Source: Lingula anatina
Lineage: Eukaryota; Animalia; Brachiopoda
DNA: 64,000 bases
Assembly (NCBI GenBank): GCA_051362555.1
Contig: CM120649.1
Coordinates: forward strand, 15,886,567 to 15,950,566
Reading direction: 5' to 3'
Both the position numbers and the translations under genes were made by a program. Below the pieces are notes generated by a model, which saw only the letters and a list, made by a program, of their open reading frames with translations, had not been told where the DNA came from and made no database searches. How positions within the stretch are numbered: position 1 is the stretch's first letter; each line of letters begins with the position of its first letter. Positions 54,174 to 64,000 of this stretch are shown in pieces.

Positions 54174-54357
54174 ATGGAAGAAAACACCGCGAATCTCTTT
54201 TGTTGGTTCGACTGGGATGACAATGCAACTAGCGTCAACAGTATAAAAATTATCAAAGAACCGAGAAAAGGCTTTCTTGAATACAAAAAAGGTGACGAAG
54301 TTGTAGCAAAGCTACCGAAATTTGGACTGTGGAAAGGTGTCATCGTAGAAATTGGCG
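54174..54357 (+). pseudogene. First exon of a truncated transposon-borne accessory gene (Tudor/PWWP-like; resembles N-termini of BEN-domain proteins)
   Basis: aaaATGG start; MEENTANLFCWFDWDDNATSVNSIKIIKEPRKGFLEYKKGDEVVAKLPKFGLWKGVIVEIG; donor GGCG|gtaagt. The next acceptor (caacacag| 54608) reaches TGA at 54643, just before an H1 fragment. Confidence 0.6.
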
Positions 54358-54654
54358 GTAAGTTTTCCTTTGTTAAACAACATACATTTTTCTAATTTAA
54401 TCGTCAGTTGAGAATACACCGATATTTTTAGAAGTATTTTATGAATGAAGTTCAAAGAATTTTTTTTTCATGCTGAAACTAGTATTGTCTGTGAGCTTAA
54501 AATCGTCATTGAGGTAGAATGTAGGTCTCCTGCAGTCCGTGCCGTCTTGAGAAACTGATAATGTAATTTTGTTACTTATTGTTACTTATTGTTGCTTTCC
54601 AACACAGGTCCCAGATGGTCCTCTTCGTTGGACTCAATAACTTGACTTCCGGTT

Positions 54655-55852
54655 GTTTTCAAGGTGTGACTTTGAAGTTCAATGGGCCTGAAGACCTTAG
54701 CCAGTCACATTTTCTGAATACCTATGATACATATATTTTATCATTAAAAATTGGTAGTCATTATGCTGTCAAGCATTATGAAATATTGCGTCAAAATTGA
54801 AGAAAAGCCTATTTTAGGCACTGCCGCCATAGTGACCCTTAGAGGAAAACCATGCCACTTACTGTTCTCAAACTCTCAAACAAGAAAGAAACATGTGATT
54901 AAAATACAACTTCAGTTGTAAATGCTGTCTGTTTTGGTATATTTTTCTGTAAGCTACACATTTTTAGTGCAAATTTAATTTCTCACATGTTGGCATTTTC
55001 AAGGTGTGATTTTGAATCTCCATGGGCTTGAAGGCCTTTGCTAGTCACATTTTCTGAATATCCATGCTGCTAATATTTTATTAACAATTGATGGTCATTT
55101 TGCTGTTAAGCATTATGTAATATTGCATCAAAATAGAATAAAATGCAATTTTGGGTGCTGCTGCCATGATGACCATTATGGGAAAACCATGTTACTTATG
55201 ATTGTCAAACTTATAAAAAAGAAACACAGGACTAAAATGCAGTCTGAGTTGGTAAAGCAGTCTAATTGGCTTCTTTTCCTGGAAGTTATACATTTTGATG
55301 AAATATTCATTTTTATTGTATTGGCATATTCATTGTGGGTCTCAGAGCTCCCAAGGGCATGAAGCGGATTGGTAATCAAATTTTGTACATGTCCATGCTA
55401 TTTATAGTCAATAATCAAAAATTGGTGATAATTATTTTGTAATTTATTATGTAATGTTACATCTTCTTTTTGCACTGCTACCACAAACATTATGAAGAGA
55501 AAACTGTGTTACTTATTATTATTTTTAACTTACAAGAATGATTTTTAGGATTAGCATGCAGCTCAAATTAGAAAGCCAACTCAATTGGGTAATATCATTT
55601 ATTATTGAATTTATGCAATTTTGTGTGAAATTTTCATTTTCCTCATTCTGGCATTTTCAAAGTGTGAACGAGAACTCTCGTTGGCCCTGAAGCCTTCTGC
55701 TTGTTACATATTTTACTTACATCGGTATTACCTGCTCAGCATAATTAGAATTTGATGTTGAATTTGCAGTGAAGCATATGTACTTTTGCATCAGAATTTA
55801 CAGTTACTGAAGCCTATTTTGTGCATTGTTATTTTTTGCTTTTCTGTACATT
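54655..55852 (+). mobile_element. 5'-truncated H1-family HINE fragment nested in the TIR transposon
   Basis: Colinear with 41700-42511 (ttttcaaggtgtgactttgaagttc...gcatcagaatt...gaagcctattttg...tctgtacatt). Confidence 0.85.
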
Positions 55853-56260
55853 ACACTACTTAATAGATTTACATGCTTGTATATATTATATTACATTTTT
55901 TTTTTTAATTTTCCTCATTGTTGGTAGATAAAGGGACACTTGCTTGTAATGTTATCCAGAAATTAATCATTACACTACTTAATAGATTTATATGCTTGTA
56001 TATATATTACATTTTTAAAAAATTTTCCTCATTGTTGGTAGATAAAGGGACACTTGCTTGTTATGTTATCCAGAAATTATTACACTACTTAATAGATGCT
56101 TGTATATATATTACATTTTTTTTCAATTTTTGTCATTGATGGTAAATAAAAGGAACACTTGCTTGTAATATTTTCCAGAAATTAATCACTACACTACTTA
56201 ATAGATTTGTATGCTTGTATATATCAACTTTTTTTTTCAATTTTCCTTGTTGTTAGTAAT
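55852..56260. repeat. ~110-119-bp tandem repeat, ~3.6 copies
   Basis: tacactacttaatagat at 55852, 55971, 56081 and 56190. Confidence 0.9.
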
Positions 56261-57070
56261 TCAAATTACTATTCATTTTCTGTACAATAATCTAGATAAT
56301 AGATGAGTGAAACCTCCTACTCAGTAGTTATTTGTGTCAATTTTGTATGCAGTTAACCTTTAGAAAATAGTTTCAGTGTGCTTGCAGTTAAGCTTTGTGC
56401 AAGCTTGCAGTTTTGCTTTCTGCAAGCTTGCAGTTTAGTTTGCCACAAGCTTGCAGTTTGGCTTGCTGCAAGCTTGCGGTTTGACCTGTCGCAAGCTTGC
56501 ACTTTGGTCTGCTGCAAGCTTGTGGTTTTAGCTTGCCGCGAGGTTTCAATTACTAGCTCGTCGCGAGGTTCCAATTCCGAGCTTGCAAATTAAGCTTGCC
56601 GCAAGCTTGCAGTTTGGCTTGCCGCAAGCTTGCGGTTTGGCCTGTCGCAAGCTTGCAGTTTGGCCTGCTGCAAGCTTGCGGTTTTAGCTTGCCGCGAGGT
56701 TTCAATTACTAGCTCGTCGCGAGGTTCCAATTCCGAGCTTGCGAATCAAGCTTGCCGCAAGCTTGCAATAGCAATGAATTGCAAGCTTGCCATTTTTGTT
56801 TGGGATAGCCCAACATGTAAAACTGGCACCTTAGCACATTGATAGCCCTACCTGTCATTGACATGTTAACGAGCATAGCTCCTTATGTTTACTAGTATGT
56901 GCCAGATGGGTAAGATCTATATGTAAAGAAAAAAAATGAAAGAAAAAAGAAAAATTAGGTTATAAAGTGATATGTTACAGGATATATTGCCTTAACAAGA
57001 TTACTCTCTCCATTAATCTTCACTTAAATGAAAAAACCTATTAAGGCATCATACCTATTTTCTATTTAAG

Positions 57071-57223
57071 ATCTGGATTCTGCTGCAGCCACCAATAGAT
57101 CCACGTGTCTCCCTGCTCAGGTGTGTCCAGAGTTTGGCCCTGTCCACCTTATTGGTTGTAATGCAGCCACACAGAAATGCGTGTGTCAGCGAGGTTACTC
57201 GCTCCTTCAAGGAACCTGCCAAG
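57071..57223 (+). CDS. EGF-like exon (D)LDSAAATNRSTCLPAQVCPEFGPVHLIGCNAATQKCVCQRGYSLLQGTCQ
   Basis: Acceptor tctatttaag|, donor AAG|gtatgt, phase 1-1. Six Cys with the C-x-C-x2-G-Y-x6-C EGF pattern. Confidence 0.9.
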
Positions 57224-59868
57224 GTATGTTAAAATGAATGGCAAGTCAGCGTGGAGTTGTTACTTGGTCTTGAAAGGGTGAATATCTGATTCATTTTTGG
57301 ACCAATAGTGAAAAAAAGTTAAGTCATGGTGTTAGAAAATATGCTTTAAAAGTCTTTGTTTATTTTACAAAGTTGCTTGTTGAAAATCCCAGAAGTCTTG
57401 GGCAATTGACTGTCAGTAAATATACTTCCTTGTCAAAAGATACTGCAGGACATTGATTACTGTTAGTATATATCTTCATTTACTGTGTACAAACATATAA
57501 CAAGCATATAAGAATACATTTTGTCCCAGTGCTTAGTACTCTTTACAAGTAAATAATGATTTTTAAATCTACAATCATGAAAAAATCAGAACATGTTGTT
57601 TTTTTCATGATAAGCAATAACAGTGCTGTTAAGTCTTCTGTTTGTAAATGTCACTTCCCTTTTAACATATCTTGCAACTGATTCCCCCCATCATAACCTA
57701 GATATCCTTGGAAATAACACGAATTGATGTTTCATAATTAGATTTGTCTGGTCTCTTTAGTTTGCAAAAGTTAAGACTCTAACCATTGGTGTCTGGCTCT
57801 CTCCCAAACCTTGCGGCCTTTACAGATTTCAGGGAATTTTTTAAAAGGTGATGGGTAAAGACTGAACAGATGTCTTTGACATTTAAGCCTAGGTGAACTG
57901 CACTGTAATATTTTGAAAAAAGTCTTTTATTTGGTGAAATAGGTTTCCATTGTCCCTTAAGCAAAGATGGTAAAAAATATAATTTCTTAAGAGACCAAAG
58001 GTGATGATCGATATGATTAAGACCTTTAGAAGAAGGGCCAAAATTTAATACCATAATGTAAAAACCTCCTGTACTCTTTTTATAAATGGTTGACTTATTA
58101 AACTATTATTTCATTGTTTACACAAATGGCACTATTATATATGTATAGTATATGTGTATAAAGGAAAGTAAATGTTTTTTTATCCATTGCAATTGCCAGC
58201 CAGGTTCCCAGATGGTATGTATGGCATTGTTATACTTATTTCTTTTTATTTCTAGGTTCCTGATATAAAACATTTTATAGAAATTACTCACAGTTTTCCA
58301 GCACCTGACTTATTCTAAATATGTTATTTTTTTTTCAGATTTATTATATTTAGTAACTTACTAAAAAGTGAATTTGACCTGGCTCAGAATTAAGAAATTT
58401 TTAAAAGCTGATGTTGTGAGGTTCATTAGAATAAAGGAATTAGTTTGGGAGGTGTTCTCAAGAAATTTTGTTCGAAATTTAAGGATGGAGGTATAATTGT
58501 TTTTAAAAAACATATTATTGTACCTTAAGTGTTGTATAATTGTGCTTTCTTCATTCATCATGTTTAACTTCAGAGTACTAATACCTTTAGCCCAATAAAT
58601 GATTTCGTGACGTAATGTACTATGGAACAATATATAGCCCTTACTCTCATGTAACTGTCACTTCTCTCTTCTCTTTTCTGCCGTCACTGAGAAAAAATCT
58701 GTCATGTTGTTACAGTAGCCTGAGATAAAACAGTAATTAGGATGTTTTAGTTGTGCAGGAGATCCCATTTTGCTTGTTGTTCTAGAGGAAAACCAATGTT
58801 ACTTTTCATGTCTGACTAAATTTTACAAACCCTTGATCTTTACTTGGAAGACAAACTCATAAATGCTTTAAATTCGTACCTTATTGAAAGACGCTGTAGC
58901 TTAGAATGAGTTCTATTGTCTCCTGATTTTCACCAGTCCCATTACATCAAATGTTTTCATGTTAAACACATTGTAATTTTTTTTGCTGCACTTTATCAAA
59001 TAATACACATGTAGTTTGAATATTTTTTGTTTCAATCTCCACAAATAAAGCAGGTTTAGCTGGAATGTTTTGTCATAAAAGATACTTATTTTTATCTTTT
59101 CAGTTTAACTTTAAAGCAGATTTGTTTAGAGATACGCACAGCATATTGATATAATTGCCATTTTTATTTTTAGTCGTATGTTGCCTTTCATAATTTACTA
59201 ATAACTATAGCTATTAATATTCAAACAAATACATAAACATACATTGTATAACCTATACATATAAAGAAGAATTTTCTATATAAGTGCAGCTAATAAAGAT
59301 GAAAATCATGTATTGCACATATTTTGTATTAGATTTTAGTATCACAGCTATGTAGTATAATACGATAAACCATCATGGTACCCGTATATATGTGGACAAG
59401 CATTTCCTCACATCTGCTAAGATAGGTTTCATCTAATTTGCCTTCTGTTATTTACACCAACACTAATAGAAATTGTAATTTCATTAATTCCTATTAATTT
59501 GTATTTCTTCACACCCTGAAGTTCTTTGACCTTGAAAAAGTTGACCTTGACTGTTATATACCATGGTGAAAATCATCCTCTGTAGGGCTCAAGACAATTA
59601 GTTATGAGCCAGTAATGCCTGTCGTATACAACAGTTCAAAGTGATAGAATACCCAGAACTTGTGATCTATCTATGAACCGTATGTTTGGTACTTTTGCTT
59701 TAGATTTCTTATACAAGCTACCTTTACATATTCATGTGTATATCTATGCTGAGAACCATTTACTAGTAAGTTTCTTTCTTACCAAAGCTTCTTTCCAGCA
59801 CTTAAAAGGGGCCACATTTTTGCCCACATATTTTTTCATAATTTGATATTAATTCCAACCAATAGTAA

Positions 59869-60084
<216 letters not shown>

Positions 60085-60491
60085 TGAGTTTTTTTTTTCT
60101 TTTTTTTTTTTTAATGTGAATTGGAGGTCATAAATCCTGAAGTGGCATTTTTTAGTTGTGAAAAATATTCACTAATTGACAAAAGCAAGATTCAGTCTTT
60201 TTTGTTAAAGTAGAATGCCAAAGTTGTAAAATATTTGATACTGCCAAGAAAAACTGAATAAGAAATCCAGTGGACAAATTGTATATTTTTCTCAAATTTA
60301 TTTCTTAAAGTTGTTCATTAATTCGTAAATCTTCCATGTATGAATAGTTTTTATCCATCAGCAGTACGTATTTTTAATGAACAAAATGTATTTTAATAAT
60401 TCCACTGTATCACATTTTATCGACAGATCATACCAATTTTCATTTTATATTTGTATAGATATGACAATAAATCATTATTATTATTTTGTAG

Positions 60492-60566
60492 CTTGCAGTG
60501 GGTCATGTCCGCCTGGCTTCTATCAGAGTTCTCCGTGCTCTGACACACAAGATAGGAAGTGTGCAG
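60492..60566 (+). CDS. TNFR-like Cys-rich exon (A)CSGSCPPGFYQSSPCSDTQDRKCA
   Basis: Acceptor ttattttgtag|, donor CAG|gtaaac, phase 1-1. C-x3-CPPG-x6-C-x4-D-x2-C pattern. Confidence 0.9.
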
Positions 60567-60914
60567 GTAAACTGGGTCATCCAAGGTCAAGATGGATATT
60601 TTTATTCATCTTTTTTTAAGTACAATGTAACCAAATTAAAGAAGATTTCATACAGTTTGGCAGTTTGTAATTTTGCGACTTGTAATTTTGCATATTAGTG
60701 AAATCATGAAGTTTGTTGTTGAATTATGAATCTAATTCTGCCTAGTTTATGTCGTAAGTTTATTTTGGCTTCCATTTAATACACACTGAAAAGCCTCAAA
60801 AAGAGAAAAAAAATCAATTTGTAATTTATTGCTTGAAAAATATAAATATATGATTAATAAATGATTACAGACAGTTTATAACTGTACATATGAAATATCT
60901 GGATCCATTTTCAG

Positions 60915-60986
60915 TTTGCGTACATTGTACAAAGACTGGGTACGAAGTGAGACCTTGTGGAAGGGGAATGAACAGAAAGTGTGTCT
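60915..60986 (+). CDS. Second TNFR-like Cys-rich exon (V)CVHCTKTGYEVRPCGRGMNRKCV
   Basis: Acceptor cattttcag|, donor CT|gtgagt, phase 1-1. Nearly the same four-Cys spacing as the previous exon. Confidence 0.88.
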
Positions 60987-62131
60987 GTGAGTACCATTTG
61001 CATGTTCAGACATTTAATTATAGTATCCCTGGCTGACAATAGATTGCGCTAGTGATGAAGAGCATGTGGAATGGAGTGTTGTAGACAACCAGCAGGTGTC
61101 ACTGGTGTTGCATGTTGTTTATGTGTAGTGTCGGTGTTTGTCAGTAGATGGAGCAGTGGTGAATTGTGGAAGAATGTCTTGTTTTGTTTCATCAACAGAG
61201 GTCTCTGCATTTCACCAATGATGAAATATTAAACAGAAAAAAGATGGAAAATATTTTAAAAAAATTCAAAAGTTTATTATTTATTATCTTTTAACATATT
61301 GGAAAGATATCCTAGCTTTGGGTTTTCAAAAATATTCTGAATTGGGTCAAAAGATGTGGCATTCCATCATGCAGAAACCTCTTGTGAAGTCCTTTTGCTG
61401 TCAGTTTTTGTCATAGATTTTTATCCCCAGTGAAATCCAAGTTCTTTTATTACATGTATATCTTCTGTCTTCATTTAAGTTTTCTCATTTTTATTTGACT
61501 GAGTTTTCTAATATTAAAAGCCATGATTTTATTAATTTACAAACTGTATTAGGAGATTATTATTTTGTATCTATTTATATATTTATTTTTGTTTATAACA
61601 AATACCTTTCTATCTGAAAATGTATATCTTTTATGATTGATTATTGATTTTTACCCTGTGACAATTTCAACATTTTGTTGTTCTTACTTGTTGTTTTCAG
61701 TTGAATTGTGATTTCATTTTATTTGTGAATTCCTTTTCTAGCTTTTTTGATCTGTTGCTAATACTACAACTTATCCACTGGCATTATTTTTAACCCATTG
61801 ATGTACATAGCATTTTGTCATTTGTTGCTCTAACATTTTCATGACTAAAGTCATATTTCTGGCCCATATCTTTTATTCTTTGTTCATTTGATTCTTATAA
61901 GCTCTGTTCTGAAAACTTCAACTTTTGTACTAGCTGTCATATCACTATATTATTATTTGCCACAATATCAATCTCAATAACTCTCCTGTTCAATTCAACT
62001 CATCGGCGATCACAATGGTTTGATCACGTTTTATTTGTCCTGAAAATAATTGCATTCATTCAACTGTTTGTTGTTAACTTATTGCACTCTTAAGATGCTT
62101 CACTATCAGTGTTGTGTGTAACATTGCTGCA

Positions 62132-62156
62132 TTGTTGTTGTTGTTGTTGTTGTTGT
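62132..62156. repeat. (TTG)n microsatellite
   Basis: Perfect trinucleotide run. Confidence 0.85.
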
Positions 62157-63169
62157 GGCTTTTTGATGTGGTGTTTAAGGTTGTCATGTTAGTACTGCTT
62201 GATGCATGCCATGTACGTGAATGCTGTGTTGAAAATAACCGTATTAGAGCTTGTAATTGTTCCCTTCACTAACATGCAGATATGAATATTAACTTATTAA
62301 GCTAAGCTTATAGCCCACTGCTTAGAAAAATATTTACAGCACTGGAAAGCTCTTGCTACAAGTAGTTGTGCACCAAATTATAGCCTCTGTCAAATATATA
62401 CGCTTTTTGTACTTTGTCATCCTTTTAACATACTGTATAATGTTGCTTCTGTCACTGCTGAATCAATGCAAGTTGTAGTAATTTAGTCATATGTTAATTG
62501 TAAATGTCTGCTTAGAAATGCTGTATTGTCCGACTGACCCTCAGATAAGCTCAGTTTCAGCAGGGAAGACTTTATCTTCCATGTTTCACTTTTAATGGAG
62601 GTCACTTTCTAGCTGTCACTTTAAGGTTGCCATCATGGGCTTAAGATTTTGGAGCTATGTTTTCTCATTATTTATTTTTATTTGTTAATATATTTAGGAG
62701 AGGGGGCAGTTTGCACTGTCCATAACAGATTTTTTACAAAATTGTAACTTTATCAGGCAAATGATTTTATTTATCAACTTTTACAAAAATTTTTTACATC
62801 TTTTTAAAATCTTTTTTAGATTACTTTTTTGTTTTCAAATTTGTTTTTTCACTCAGATAAATATAGAATCATTTTTTCCCATAGAATGTAGAATATTTTG
62901 ACTGGGTCCATGATGGCTGCTGTCTGTATGTGTTGGTAGTAAATAGAGTGTAAAATTGAGAAGGTGACCTTCAATTAATGCATTTCATTTTCATGGCCCA
63001 TATGTATTCCTTAATACCCAGCACTGAGTGCCAAAGGAAATAATGGGCATACCATGGATTTAAATTGTATCTTAGAAGTTGTGTTTATTTAAATTTTTCA
63101 TACGATAAAGGGGACTTTGTTTGGAAACTAGAAAATTAAAAATTGATCTTAGAGTTAAACCAATTTCAT

Positions 63170-63170
63170 T

Positions 63171-63229
<59 letters not shown>
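63170..63229. repeat. (ATTT)n microsatellite (another at 466-496)
   Basis: Perfect tetranucleotide run. Confidence 0.9.
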
Positions 63230-63596
63230 TATTTGAGGGGGGTGCTCTCTGAAGCACATTTTGGCAATAATGCAGTTTGTAATTCGTAGGTAATTTGCAA
63301 AATTGATTCACATCACCACTTTTTTTTAAATATAACTTATTAACAAACATTAATTCAGTTTGAAAAGAAAATTTGACCAAAGCATCCCTTTTAATCCCTG
63401 GTATGCATCTCAAATTTTAAAAAAGTCATGAACACCATTTTGCAAAAAAAGATTCGGAGATTTTCTTTCCGAGAGGTATTTCCTAGAAATATTACCAGGG
63501 GATATATGTGGGCCATTCTTGCAATACGACTCTTCATTCTCTGGACAGTACAGTTGATAAAAGTGACACATGGTGTGTTTGTGTTGTGAATTGCAG

Positions 63597-63656
63597 CCGT
63601 CTCCAACCCCTTAGGTACGCCGCCATCTGATGGCCGAGTATTTGTGGAGGCGAACA
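63597..63656 (+). CDS. Exon (S)VSNPLGTPPSDGRVFVEAN; the gene continues beyond the window
   Basis: Acceptor ttgcag|, donor ACA|gtaagt, 60 nt, phase 1-1. Confidence 0.8.
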
Positions 63657-64000
63657 GTAAGTGATGGTTTGCAAAATCATATTAATATTATTAATACACA
63701 TTTAATAGTTTTTTTTTTTTTAGTATTATCGTTTTTTTTTTAAACGATGCTGATTGTAATAATCTCAATTTTGCTACGTACCTGCAGTGGAAAGGATGCC
63801 CAGTTAAATGGGATGGGATAATTTTGGTCACTATTCGTTAAATGAAGAACCAGACAATTAATTTGGCAATTATCACAAAATGACTTTGTTGAAGCTAATA
63901 ATATGTGATTTAGAAATAATTTTTACAGATTATTGTGACATAATGATATTATTAGTACTGGGGACAATGAAAAATTTTAAAAAATAAAAAGGTTCTTATT

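Larger units (their letters stand above)
52070..56805. mobile_element. 4.7-kb non-autonomous TIR DNA transposon with TA target-site duplication and GCAAGCTTGC subterminal repeats (EnSpm/CMC-like architecture; superfamily uncertain)
   Basis: Perfect 14-bp TIRs tcccaaacaaaaat / atttttgtttggga. It splits a minisatellite unit as acaatgaTA|...|TAgcccaac. Many palindromic gcaagcttgc copies at 52095-52475 and 56380-56790. Confidence 0.92.

Noticed and set aside
61042-61128. Possible alternative terminal exon (Y)CASDEEHVEW...stop
   Set aside because: Would need a 55-nt intron with no polypyrimidine tract; insufficient support.

Overview
AT-rich eukaryotic DNA that looks like a marine invertebrate (lineage not determinable from sequence alone). 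It is not prokaryotic, and most ORFs in the track are spurious. One + strand multi-exon gene model spans the window, with both ends outside it. Hand-splicing GT-AG exons with matching phases gives: a partial N-terminal ectodomain, a type-I transmembrane exon (18349-18514), then a ~730-750 aa low-complexity cytoplasmic region with four copies of a C-x3-L-C-D-G-[IT]-H motif resembling the CDGSH Fe-S motif. With no stop codon, this continues into an in-frame signal-peptide-like segment (Met at 45014) and a second extracellular module (EGF-like, calcium-binding EGF, two TNFR-like Cys repeats). Introns hold two Helentron-associated (HINE-like) elements: one a head-to-tail dimer, one carrying a 146-bp satellite with nuclear-receptor DR1 sites. 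They also hold a 4.7-kb TIR transposon with a TA target duplication inserted in a 37-bp minisatellite (with nested elements and a truncated Tudor/PWWP-like exon), hairpin MITEs and microsatellites. All calls were made by eye; no database searches were run.
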